DNA of 64,000 nucleotides from Armatimonadota bacterium (GTDB taxonomy: Bacteria > Armatimonadota > SYMT01). The translations under genes and the position numbers were made by a program. This document shows, one piece after another, positions 29,806 to 38,720 of this stretch; the stretch's first letter is position 1, and each line of letters opens with the position of its first letter. The stretch lies in the NCBI GenBank assembly GCA_041690135.1, contig JAWLHY010000001.1, forward strand, positions 512,001 to 576,000. The letters are read 5' to 3'. Under the pieces are notes generated by a model. The model searched no databases. It saw nothing but the letters and a program-made list of their open reading frames with translations, and had not been told where the DNA came from.

Positions 29806-30135
29806 TTATTGACCTTCCGCATACGCGGCGATACAGCCACCGCACATCCACTCGCCGTCATCGTAAATGCCGGAACCACAGTCCGTAGTCTGGTGGCATC
29901 TCGAGCAGGTAGGACCGCTAACCCGCCGCGGTTCGTAAACCGGCTTGTGTGGAGGCTCCGGACGCAAGTCACGATAGGGGCCGCGCGTTTGTATACTTTG
30001 CCGGGGATCGGGCACAACGGCAAAGCTCCCGCAACGCGGACACCACCGCCCACCCCTGTGTTCAATGGTCTGCGTTCTCCGACACTTCGGGCAAGTTACG
30101 GATTCACCTGGTTGCTGCTGGTTGCTGAATTGCAT
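29806..30135 (-). CDS. cassette: double Zn-ribbon protein
   Basis: Four CxxC pairs (CPKC, CPRC, CSRC, CGGC); start uncertain. Confidence 0.55.
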   Translation of the reverse strand: MQFSNQQQPGESVTCPKCRRTQTIEHRGGRWCPRCGSFAVVPDPRQSIQTRGPYRDLRPEPPHKPVYEPRRVSGPTCSRCHQTTDCGSGIYDDGEWMCGGCIAAYAEGQ

Positions 30136-30167
30136 TGGCGCATGGTCTCCTCAACGCTAAGGGTGCG

Positions 30168-30220
30168 GCCTAATGCCGAGCTCTCCCGTCTATTCGGATC
30201 GGGTGCAGCGACTATTAGGC
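30168..30220 (-). repeat. attC with TAAT/ATTA core
   Basis: gcctaatgccgagctctcccg...cgggtgcagcgactattaggc. Confidence 0.85.
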
Positions 30221-30223
30221 CGC

Positions 30224-30658
30224 TTACTTGCTTTCGTGCGCGCCGCCGGACCAAATCTCTTGTTTCAACTCTTCCAGGGTTGTGATGGAAAGCAGCCCGC
30301 ACTCCTCTGACGGACCAGGTTGACCCTGGTTACAGGAGCGTAAGTGCTTCCACCAGGCTCGCAGCAGCAAAAGCGCCGCCCTCTCCACCGTAACTCCGGC
30401 GGCTGGGCACCAAGCTACGGGCACAGCGGCTTCCCAATGCCCCATGAAGCCCCAACTACCTCCACGATCATCCTGCTGCCAGAGAATCCACCGGTCTCTG
30501 TTCTTGGAAAGCAAATATTTCACAGGCCAACCTGGCCCATAGGTCCAGTATCCTTCCCCAACCAGCTTTGCGGTTCGCGGCAGCTGGCTCGGGCAGTCTT
30601 GCGTCAGCCACGCACCTGGCGGTTGATGGATGACTATGGTGGGGGTCCCAAGGCTCAT
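30224..30658 (-). CDS. cassette: hypothetical protein
   Basis: 144-aa ORF filling space between two attC. Confidence 0.6.
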   Translation of the reverse strand: MSLGTPTIVIHQPPGAWLTQDCPSQLPRTAKLVGEGYWTYGPGWPVKYLLSKNRDRWILWQQDDRGGSWGFMGHWEAAVPVAWCPAAGVTVERAALLLLRAWWKHLRSCNQGQPGPSEECGLLSITTLEELKQEIWSGGAHESK

Positions 30659-30707
30659 CGTTGATCCGTCACTTCGTCTGTCGGAATCAATACCACCAAG
30701 CGTTGCG

Positions 30708-30761
30708 GCCTAACGCCAAGCTCACCCGACCGTACGGATCGGCTGCAGCGGTTGGTGAGGC
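30708..30761 (-). repeat. attC
   Basis: gcctaacgccaagctcacccgaccgtacggatcggctgcagcggttggtgaggc. Confidence 0.85.
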
Positions 30762-30842
30762 CTCACGACACTGAAGTTCATTGCGATGAAGAAAATGGAA
30801 GGGGGAGAGTGTCATCGGTCGCAGGGGGTACGGCCCTGCCCG

Positions 30843-31184
30843 TCAACTCTCGGAGTCATACCCGAACTCGCGGAGTTCCTGCGAGCAGCGGCAAGCGTTG
30901 GCGATCTTCGCGGCCCATTGGCCGGCGGCTTCGCGCGACGGGAGTTCCAGGACACAGAAGCCGCCGTCGAACTCCTTCGTCTGGGGATACGTTTCGTTTG
31001 TGACCGTGCCGTCTGCGGCGACCATGAGGGGTGCGACCTCCGCGTTGATGCCACCACCGAACACGTACACGCCGGCAGTCTTCGCCTCGCGTATGACCGG
31101 GTGTGCCGCTTCGCCCACGGCGGCAAAGTCCTCGGCAGGGACGTCCATCGCCCTTCCCGGAAAGGAGATCAGGTACTTCGCCAT
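30843..31184 (-). CDS. cassette: YciI/DGPF-like protein
   Basis: GVYVFGGG, TYPQTKEFDGGF.VL..PSREAA.QWA. Confidence 0.8.
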   Translation of the reverse strand: MAKYLISFPGRAMDVPAEDFAAVGEAAHPVIREAKTAGVYVFGGGINAEVAPLMVAADGTVTNETYPQTKEFDGGFCVLELPSREAAGQWAAKIANACRCSQELREFGYDSES

Positions 31185-31222
31185 CCTTCGGTCCTTCGGT
31201 TGAGGTCGGTGCTGTTTGCGAG

Positions 31223-31275
31223 GCCCAACGTCAGGTTCACCTGTCCGTACGGATCCGGTGCCGCGACTGTTATGC
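31223..31275 (-). repeat. attC
   Basis: gcccaacgtcaggttcacctgtccgtacggatccggtgccgcgactgttatgc. Confidence 0.8.
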
Positions 31276-31298
31276 CGCACTCCGCACTGGGAAAGAGC

Positions 31299-31790
31299 TC
31301 AGTCAGCACCCTGCGTTTCAGGGTCGGCACCGCTTTCAGTGAGCTGACCGGCTCTGCGATTCAGGGTCGGATTGAGGACGCCTTTCATCTCCTCTTCGAG
31401 TTTGCGCAGGTCCTCACGAGTGACAGCGACTTGAACGGCAGAAAAGCAAACATTCGCCCTCGCCCACGCCCGTGTAGCGTTGTTGAAGGCAAGGGTACGT
31501 TCCTTCCCTCGCGCCTCGGGGTCGATCGCGGGGATGGTCATTCCGCTTCCGTACTCATCCCAGACGTAGAGGCTGAATTGGTCGCCTCCGCGTCCTCCAC
31601 CGAAGTGCGTGCCTACTCTCCCGCCGAGCGATACGTATGCGATACCAACGTATAGACACTCGTCCTGAAGACCACGACACTCGCGCCACCAAGCTGCGTA
31701 GATCCCGGCACCGACCGGAATCTCGCGCAACTGGTCGTAGGAGTAGCGGCTTCCGTCGCGAAGTTCTCTCGCAATCTCATCTGCTGTCAT
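31299..31790 (-). CDS. cassette: GIY-YIG nuclease
   Basis: GIYAAW, LYVGIA, conserved R and E, LNPTLN. Confidence 0.8.
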   Translation of the reverse strand: MTADEIARELRDGSRYSYDQLREIPVGAGIYAAWWRECRGLQDECLYVGIAYVSLGGRVGTHFGGGRGGDQFSLYVWDEYGSGMTIPAIDPEARGKERTLAFNNATRAWARANVCFSAVQVAVTREDLRKLEEEMKGVLNPTLNRRAGQLTESGADPETQGAD

Positions 31791-31829
31791 GCTGTCGCCC
31801 CGTTGTGGCCACTCGTGCGCTGCCGAGCG

Positions 31830-31926
31830 GCCTAACGCCAATCTCACCCGCCTCGACCCACACCACTGCTTCCGCTAACGGCCGTACGTGACGCTGGGGC
31901 GGCGTCGGGTGCAGCGACTGTCAGGC
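31830..31926 (-). repeat. attC (long class)
   Basis: gcctaacgccaatctcacccgcc ... ggcgtcgggtgcagcgactgtcaggc. Confidence 0.88.
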
Positions 31927-32680
31927 CGTCCGCAGCATCGCCAGTTGCTCGCGGCCGGTCATTGGTCGTCAGTGTCCATCGGATTAGCAGTAACCCCAGG
32001 CGGTTAAGATACATTCCACCGAACCCGCCGCGCGCGTCGGATGACGAGTAGCCCAGCAGTCTCTTCTCGCGAAGACGGTGCACCCATTCCTCTACGGTTG
32101 CCCAGTCATAAGCGATTCGAGTGCCTGCCTCGTGCGGATGGTTGTAGTCAAACTCACCCACAACTAGTTGCGGGAATGGCCGCGACACCAGGCTTACGTT
32201 CGGCCATGGGTGATCCGAAGTTTCCGGACGATTTGCTTCCGGGCATCGACCGAGCGCCGCCATGACCGCCAATCCGGGCGCGTCAATCTCTTCCAATAAG
32301 GTACGAGCCAGGCTGGCGTCCTCCCATTCGCTGCTCCCTGTGCCAAGCGGAGCGGTGTTGAGGAGTAGATCGCGGAAACGCAGACGCACATCCTCGTTCG
32401 TAGCGCGCCCTACCCGCGGCAAGACGGATTCGAGCAAGGACGCGTACTCTTCCGAGCTAACGTTGGGCGTCTGCTTGCCCGCCTCCAGGGCCTCGGCTAC
32501 TTCGGTGAGAGTTTGCTCAATCCGCCTGAACCGCAGCTCGACTGCGGGTCCGTAGATGAACTGCTCAATGGCCGGCCCAATGTAGGGCACAGACTTAAGC
32601 ACACCCTGGAGCACATTTGCCGCCTGATCCTGGCGGGACAGGCGTTCCAAACCTTCCGGGGCCTTCGTTAAATTAGTCAT
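31844..32680 (-). CDS. cassette: hypothetical, Abi-alpha/DUF4393-like architecture
   Basis: KSVPYIGPAI N-terminus, helical middle, C-terminal wHTH-like RLREKRLL..LNRLG; reads into attC. Confidence 0.55.
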   Translation of the reverse strand: MTNLTKAPEGLERLSRQDQAANVLQGVLKSVPYIGPAIEQFIYGPAVELRFRRIEQTLTEVAEALEAGKQTPNVSSEEYASLLESVLPRVGRATNEDVRLRFRDLLLNTAPLGTGSSEWEDASLARTLLEEIDAPGLAVMAALGRCPEANRPETSDHPWPNVSLVSRPFPQLVVGEFDYNHPHEAGTRIAYDWATVEEWVHRLREKRLLGYSSSDARGGFGGMYLNRLGLLLIRWTLTTNDRPRATGDAADGLTVAAPDAAPASRTAVSGSSGVGRGG

Positions 32681-32718
32681 TTTATAACAATGAATTTCAG
32701 CAGATGTATCGCAACGTG

Positions 32719-32805
32719 GCCTAACGCCAAGCTCACGCGCCGCACTAGCTGCATTGGTTCAGCGGTAGCACCAGTCTGCACGGTCGGGTACATCGACTGT
32801 CAGAC
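32719..32805 (-). repeat. attC (long class)
   Basis: gcctaacgccaagctcacgcg ... tcgggtacatcgactgtcagac. Confidence 0.8.
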
Positions 32806-32862
32806 CACTCCTGGGGTTTAGAGTTGGCCGGTACTCGGAAGTACCATCTTCTTGACCGTATC

Positions 32863-33999
32863 TCACGCCATCAGGCCTTGAAACAGACTGCGAACCCAGG
32901 TTCCGTCGCCCCAATCAACATGGTAAACAATGACATTAAGTGAGTCGCACAAGCGAGTCCGAGCTTCTGCTTCTGCTGAGCGAAATGAGAGAAGTAGGTG
33001 AGTGAGCGCAGTCGGTCGCGTAATACCACCAAATCCCGACCCAACTAATGGCATATAGAGGTCACCTCGAACGGGGCCAGCGGCAAGATTCTGCCATGCT
33101 TTTCGCAAGGCTAGCGCGAGGGACTCTTCGCTGAGACTAGCTATATATCGGCCGCCACTTCTACTGAGATACGTCAATGACAAGAGCACAATAGGCCCTT
33201 GCTCTGTCTCCATATGCACTAATGAGCCGGGTTCGTAAGGCACCTGACGTCCTGGTTTTTCAAGCGATACTTGGCTCTGCGCTACTGAAAGATCACATCT
33301 GCTAATCTCATCATCAAGGTCCTTATCGAACCTGGCAAGCTGCTCGCTATTACCCAGCAGAGCAATGCGCTTACCCAAAGTAGAACGGGGATCTACAATG
33401 CCACCTTCAAAGGTAGTGTCCAGATAAACATTCGCTGGAAATAGAATGGTGTTTGAATTGCTAACGTAGTTAGTGATATCACCCTTTATGACTCTAATTT
33501 CTGAATTGCGCAGTTTGCAAGAGAATTGCTCAGGATTGCGACGACCTAATAATGAGATCTGATCTCCTATCTGTGTAGCCGCCGGTCCTAATGCCGCAAG
33601 CAAGTTGCCATCTGAGCGATCGGCCGGATACATTGCCGCGGTAACTCCAGCCAAGTCACTCGGGAGTTTGAAATCTCTTGCGTCGCAGGCGAGGATGAAC
33701 GTACGGTTCCTGCCCAACGAGCCCATGAACAAGCCTAACTCGAAGAGAACGTTGTCCCGGGGTGTGTTGTGCTCTACACCACGAATAAGGGCAGTATCAT
33801 CAGGCGTGAGGACCAAGACCGCAAAATCATACTTGGTGGCAACATCCACGAGCGTTTCGAGTGTGCCACCACTCAGTAGTCCGAAGACCCCTTGACTCCA
33901 GATAGTTACCTCTGCACAAGCCGCCAAATGTATTTGGAGCTTTTTGGCAACAGCAAGACCCTCGGTTGAAGAACCTACGAAAACTGAAGGTTTGGACAT
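32863..33999 (-). CDS. cassette: CAP12/Pycsar-type TIR domain fused to ThsA-type Macro domain
   Basis: VFVGSS.E, YDFAVLVLTPDD, PRDNVLFELGLFMG (TIR); IKGDI, PAN.YLDT, MPLVGSGFGG (Macro); visibly AT-richer. Confidence 0.8.
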   Translation of the reverse strand: MSKPSVFVGSSTEGLAVAKKLQIHLAACAEVTIWSQGVFGLLSGGTLETLVDVATKYDFAVLVLTPDDTALIRGVEHNTPRDNVLFELGLFMGSLGRNRTFILACDARDFKLPSDLAGVTAAMYPADRSDGNLLAALGPAATQIGDQISLLGRRNPEQFSCKLRNSEIRVIKGDITNYVSNSNTILFPANVYLDTTFEGGIVDPRSTLGKRIALLGNSEQLARFDKDLDDEISRCDLSVAQSQVSLEKPGRQVPYEPGSLVHMETEQGPIVLLSLTYLSRSGGRYIASLSEESLALALRKAWQNLAAGPVRGDLYMPLVGSGFGGITRPTALTHLLLSFRSAEAEARTRLCDSLNVIVYHVDWGDGTWVRSLFQGLMA

Positions 34000-34057
34000 C
34001 ATTCTCCTAGCCGGACATGTCGTCAAATCAGCTTCAGGTTGAGCGACCATTCATGCG

Positions 34058-34143
34058 GCCTAACACCAAGCTCACCCGCCGATTAACTCGCATTTGTTCA
34101 ACGTACCAGCCGTGTACGCTGTCGGGTTCAGCGACTTTCAGGC
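34058..34143 (-). repeat. attC (first site of array 2)
   Basis: gcctaacaccaagctcacccg ... tcgggttcagcgactttcaggc. Confidence 0.8.
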
Positions 34144-34443
34144 CCTGACTTGGGCTCAGCATTACCTTCCGGCACGCGGGCGTCGGGTTCGTGGCGCCCA
34201 CTGCCGCCAGTTCGGAGGACTTCCGCACGGCTGATTGGCGCGAACCACTCCGCCGTTTCTCCGTAAGACCCGTATTTCAATGCGGGGTCGGGCCGGGCCT
34301 GCGACCGCGCCCCCGTTAAAGGCACCTTCACCCGTGCTGCCGGTACCAATGGGCTCACCCATCTGTATGGATCCGACGCAGCTCCTGTTTAGGTCGCGAA
34401 TGGCCGCCGAAGTGGAAGCCAGCCCACACCGGCCGCCTGCTCG

Positions 34444-34472
34444 ATTATACAGCAGCATTGCGACCCTGCCAA
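34444..34472 (-). promoter_or_regulatory. Pc-like sigma70 promoter of array 2
   Basis: Minus strand TTGGCA-N17-TATAAT, in a block homologous to 20801-20865. Confidence 0.78.
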
Positions 34473-34712
34473 CAGCAGCACCACCGGAAACGGTATCCGG
34501 ACCCCTGTGAATCTCACCACCGGGATCTCATCGGTCCGACAAAGTTTCGCGCACCCCCGCGCCTTCATCGCGTCCCCCCTAAATAGCGCCATCGCAGCTT
34601 CCCATCGGCGCTTCTCCCGCCCCGCCGTGGCGGCTTCTGTCCTCCATTTCCCTTCCATGAGTGGCCCACGGGACTTCCCCCGCCGACTCTCTGTCGTAAT
34701 TCGATCCGCACA

Positions 34713-34867
34713 CAGGTCGGTTCAGTTTCCCTGAATGCGCATCGCTCTGTCGCCCCTCCGGGGCTGTTCTGTGCGGGGACAGGTCCGGGGGCTTGCGCCC
34801 CCGGCTACTCTCTCTCCGCCCCTCCGGGGCTACGAAACTGGTTCTTGCCGAAAACTGAACCGCCCTG
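34713..34867. mobile_element. MITE-like TIR/REP element, copy 2
   Basis: caggtcggttcagtttc ... aaactgaaccgccctg; two gcccctccggggct palindromes. Confidence 0.7.
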
Positions 34868-35142
34868 AATCCGCACCGACACCTCGTCGGGAACCTGCTT
34901 TCCAAGAACCTGTCCCGGTCTGGCGTCTGGCCCCTCTCCGTTCCCTCTCCGTGCTAACTCCGTGTCTCAGTGGTGAAAACGCCGCGGTGCCGGAAACGTG
35001 AGCAGGACCGTGTGACGAGACTGCCGAATTCCTTGTTGGAGCCGTCGTGCCGTCGGTTGAGGCACCGGTTCACCTCCACGTCCTGAACCGCGGAGGACGG
35101 GGAGAGCGCAGTCCGCTGGAATCCGAACAGGGGGTACGGCCG

Positions 35143-36492
35143 ATGTTCATCACCAAGCGAGCCTTACCGCGCCGGACGGTCCTGCGCGGCGCCGGGGCGA
35201 CCTTGCTCCTGCCGCTGCTGGACGCCATGATCCCCGCGGCGACCGCCCAGGCGGACACGCCGGCCGCTCCTGCGCGCCTGCGCCGGCTGGGGTTCGTGTT
35301 CATGCCGATGGGCTCGGACATCACCCGGTGGACGCCTCCCGGGGGACTCACCCTCGACCAACTCTCACCCAGCCTGGAACCGCTGGAGCCCGTCAAGGAG
35401 CACGTCACCGTCGTCAGCAACCTGGAGCTGCTCAACGCCTACCCGGGCACGCACTCTTCGTCCAATTCCGCCTTCCTCAGCGCGGCCCGAGCCAAGCACA
35501 CCGAGAGCTCCGACTACTACCTCGGCACCACGGTTGACCAGATCGCGGCCCGGCAGATCGGCCGGGAGACGCCGCTGCCGTCGCTGGAGTTGGCGATCGA
35601 TCTGCTCTCGACCGTCGGCCAGTGCGACAACGGCTTTGCCTGCGTCTACCAGAACTGCCTGTCGTGGTCCTCGCCCACCACGCCGCTTCCCGCGGAGGCT
35701 CATCCGCGCCTCGTGTTCGAGCGCCTGTTCGGCGAGGGAGGGGGACCCGCCGAGCGGCGCGCGGCGCTGCGGAAGCGCGCGAGTCTTCTCGATGCCGTCA
35801 CCGGCGAGTTCGACCGTTTGCAGCGTCAGCTCGGACCCGCGGACCGCGCCCGGGTGAGCGGCTACCTGGAGAGCCTGCGCGAAGTCGAGCGGCGCATCCA
35901 GAAGGCCGAGGCCGGCGCGAAGGAGAACGCGCTGCCGGACCTGGACCGGCCGGTGGGCGTGCCCGCCGCCTATGCGGACCACGTCCGCCTGATGTTCGAT
36001 CTCCAGGTGCTGGCAATGCAGGCCGGCGTCACCCGGGTGATCACCTTCCAGATGGCGCGGGAAACCAGCAACCGCACGTACCCGGAGATCGGCGTGCCGG
36101 ACCCGCACCACCCGCTGACGCACCACGGCAACGACCCGGACAAGGTCGCCCGCATGGCGAAGATCAACCGGTTTCACGTGTCGCTCTTCGCCTACTTCCT
36201 CGAGCGGCTGAAGGCGACGCGAGAGGGGAGCGGCTCGCTGTTGGACCATTCCCTCCTCCTCTACGGCAGCGGGATGGGCAACCCGAACGTCCACGACCAC
36301 ACCAACCTGCCGATCCTCGTCGCCGGCGGCGCCGCGGGCCGGATGAAGGGCGGGCGGCACCTCCGGTACGCGCAGCCCACTCCGCTGGCGAACCTGCACC
36401 TCACGCTCCTCGACCGGGTGGGCGTCCGCCTCGACCGGTTCGGCGATAGCACCGGCAAAATGGATGAGCTGTTCGAACCGCTGTCGATATAG
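35143..36492 (+). CDS. DUF1552 (HXXSHH-type) protein
   Basis: RRTVLRGAG, TVDQIAA, HHPLTHH, GSLLDHS, H.HTNLP. Confidence 0.9.
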   Translation: MFITKRALPRRTVLRGAGATLLLPLLDAMIPAATAQADTPAAPARLRRLGFVFMPMGSDITRWTPPGGLTLDQLSPSLEPLEPVKEHVTVVSNLELLNAYPGTHSSSNSAFLSAARAKHTESSDYYLGTTVDQIAARQIGRETPLPSLELAIDLLSTVGQCDNGFACVYQNCLSWSSPTTPLPAEAHPRLVFERLFGEGGGPAERRAALRKRASLLDAVTGEFDRLQRQLGPADRARVSGYLESLREVERRIQKAEAGAKENALPDLDRPVGVPAAYADHVRLMFDLQVLAMQAGVTRVITFQMARETSNRTYPEIGVPDPHHPLTHHGNDPDKVARMAKINRFHVSLFAYFLERLKATREGSGSLLDHSLLLYGSGMGNPNVHDHTNLPILVAGGAAGRMKGGRHLRYAQPTPLANLHLTLLDRVGVRLDRFGDSTGKMDELFEPLSI

Positions 36493-36940
36493 AGGTTGCG
36501 GGTTGAAGCCCCCCTCGGGGGCCAGGGGTTGAAGGTTGAAAGTTGGACCCCTGGGGTCGGAAGGGGTACGGTTTTGCCGCGACCGCTCCCGGGCGGGAAG
36601 GCTGGAAGGTCGGGAACCCGGGCTGTGATGCAGGGTGGTGGAGTAGGGGGCAAGAGGGGGTCTTGGAACTACCGCCGCAGTTCCCTGTGCCGAGTGGATG
36701 GGTGAGGTAGTTCCAGTCGGCGAAGGTTTACGCCCCGCGGGGGTGCCGACTTAGTGCCTTTTCGGCTTGCGACTTTTGGTCGCCTGGCTGTAAGTGCGCC
36801 TGTAGTTCTAAACAGCACCGCAGAAAACCCGACCCCTCTGAGATGCTCGCGATCTTCTTTCCTTTCCTGTTTCCTTCCGCGTGCTTCCGTGTGTTCCGCG
36901 GGCAAAATGGTTCCTCAATTCCGCTGTTTTGTTTAGTCCT

Positions 36941-38383
36941 ATGCGTATCCTGCTGCTGCTTCTGCTCTTATCCATGCCGGCGGCCGCGACCCCGCCTGCG
37001 TCGCCGCTGGCCGATGCGGTGGAGAAGCGAGACCACGCGCGAGTCCAGTCCCTGATGGAGAAGCGGGCCGATGTCAACGCGGCGCAGGTCGACGGCATGA
37101 CCGCCCTGCACTGGGCGGTCCACCACGAGGACCTGGCGACGGCCAGGCGACTTGTGACGGCGGGTGCCGACGTGAAGGCGGCCAACCGCTACGGAGTGCG
37201 ACCCCTTTCCCTGGCCTGCACGGCCGGTAACACCGAGTTGGTCGAGCTGCTGCTTAAGGCCGGCGTGGACCCGAACACCCAATTACCGGGTGGGGAGACC
37301 GCGCTGATGACGGCGGCCCGCACCGGCCGCGTGGGACCGGTGCGGGCGCTGCTGGCCCGCAAAGCGGACGTGAACGCGAAGGAGCGCGGCGGGCAGACCG
37401 CCCTGATGTGGGCGGCGGCGGAAGGCCATTCCGAGGTTGTGCAGCTGTTGATGGAGGCCGGAGCGGACTTCCGCAAGCCCCTGCCTTCGGGCTTCACTCC
37501 CCTCCATTTCGCCGCGCGGGAGGGTCGCCGGGAAGTGGTGCGGGTGCTGCTGAAAGCCGGCGCCGACGTGAACGAGGCCATGCAGCCCCAGAGGTCGGGA
37601 GGCAAGAACCCGCGGAAGGGGACCAGCCCGCTCCTCCTCGCCGTGGAAAACGGTCACTTCGAGCTGGCGGTGGATCTGCTCCAATCCGGCGCCGACCCAA
37701 ACGACCAGCGCTCCGGGTACACCCCGCTGCACGCCATCACCTGGGTCCGGCGGCCCAACAGCGGCGACGGCCCGGATGGCGACCCGCCCCCGGTGGGGTC
37801 CGGCAGCATGAGCAGCCTGCAGTTCGTCCGGGAGGTGGTGGCTCGCGGCGCCGACGTGAACGTGCGCCTCCAGGGCGGGGCCTCCGGCCGGGCGCGGCTG
37901 AACGAGAAGGGGGCTACCCCGTTCCTCTTCGCCTCCCACACCGCCGACCTACCGCTGATGCGCCTGCTGGTGGAGCTGGGCGCCGACCCGAAGATCCCCA
38001 ACGCCGATCGCTGCCCGCCCCTGCTGGCCGCCGCCGGCATCGGCATTATGGCGCCGGGGGAAGAAGCCGCTACCCACGAGGAAGTCGTCGAGGCCGTGAA
38101 GTACCTCCTGGAGCTCGGCGCCGACATCAACGCGGTGGACGACAACGGCGAAACCGCGATGCACGGCGCGGCCTACCGCAATGCTCCCAAGGTCGCCGCC
38201 TTCCTGGCCGATCCCGGAGGCCGCCCGGGCGTGGACATCCGGATCTGGAACCGCGCGAACAAGTACGGCTGGACCCCGCTTCGGATCGCGGAGGGGTACC
38301 GGGTCGGCAACTTCAAACCCGCCCCCGAAACCCTCGCGGAGATCCGTCGCATCATGCTCGCGAACGGCGTCCCGCCGCCGTAG
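36941..38383 (+). CDS. secreted ankyrin repeat protein
   Basis: Signal peptide, many TALH/TALM/TPLH repeats. Confidence 0.9.
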   Translation: MRILLLLLLLSMPAAATPPASPLADAVEKRDHARVQSLMEKRADVNAAQVDGMTALHWAVHHEDLATARRLVTAGADVKAANRYGVRPLSLACTAGNTELVELLLKAGVDPNTQLPGGETALMTAARTGRVGPVRALLARKADVNAKERGGQTALMWAAAEGHSEVVQLLMEAGADFRKPLPSGFTPLHFAAREGRREVVRVLLKAGADVNEAMQPQRSGGKNPRKGTSPLLLAVENGHFELAVDLLQSGADPNDQRSGYTPLHAITWVRRPNSGDGPDGDPPPVGSGSMSSLQFVREVVARGADVNVRLQGGASGRARLNEKGATPFLFASHTADLPLMRLLVELGADPKIPNADRCPPLLAAAGIGIMAPGEEAATHEEVVEAVKYLLELGADINAVDDNGETAMHGAAYRNAPKVAAFLADPGGRPGVDIRIWNRANKYGWTPLRIAEGYRVGNFKPAPETLAEIRRIMLANGVPPP

Positions 38384-38585
38384 CGTGCGCCCGCGGAAAC
38401 GACCCGGGAAGAGTAAGTAGACCAGAAGAAGGCCCCGGAGAAGAGGCCCGCATCGCCGTGATTGGCCCCATGCTGTCCCGCGGCTTCAGCCCACTCGACG
38501 CATATCCGCCAGGCAAAGCAGGCTGATTCCCAGGTCTTCGTGCGCCGGGCGAAAGCGGTCTAGGGGCCGTGCTCCTCTCAATTTT

Positions 38586-38665
38586 CCTTTGCAGCCCTTT
38601 GCAGCCCTTTGCGGCCCTTTGCGGCCCTTTGCGGCCCTTTGCGGCTCTCTGCGCCTCTGCGGTGA
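38586..38665. repeat. 10-bp tandem repeat (cctttgc[a/g]gc)x6 + ctctgcgcctctgcggtga
   Basis: Directly visible; related short copy at 21364-21402. Confidence 0.9.
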
Positions 38666-38720
38666 GTTCGGTGAGAGTCGCGAAGGACCCGCCTGCCGCG
38701 CTGCGGAACGGTGAAGCGAC

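Larger units (their letters stand above)
24045..34143 (-). mobile_element. integron cassette array 2 (about 13 cassettes, no intact integrase)
   Basis: About 14 attC sites with mostly co-oriented ORFs between DUF1592 and DUF1552. Confidence 0.9.

Noticed and set aside
17450-34143. CRISPR array interpretation of the recurring palindromes
   Set aside because: Spacing is gene-sized, repeats vary in length, each interval holds ORFs and there are no cas genes; attC fits better
34144-34440. Leading cassette ORF or attI in array 2
   Set aside because: No convincing ORF or core site
34490-34712. intI remnant in platform 2
   Set aside because: No IntI-like peptide seen in the frames examined
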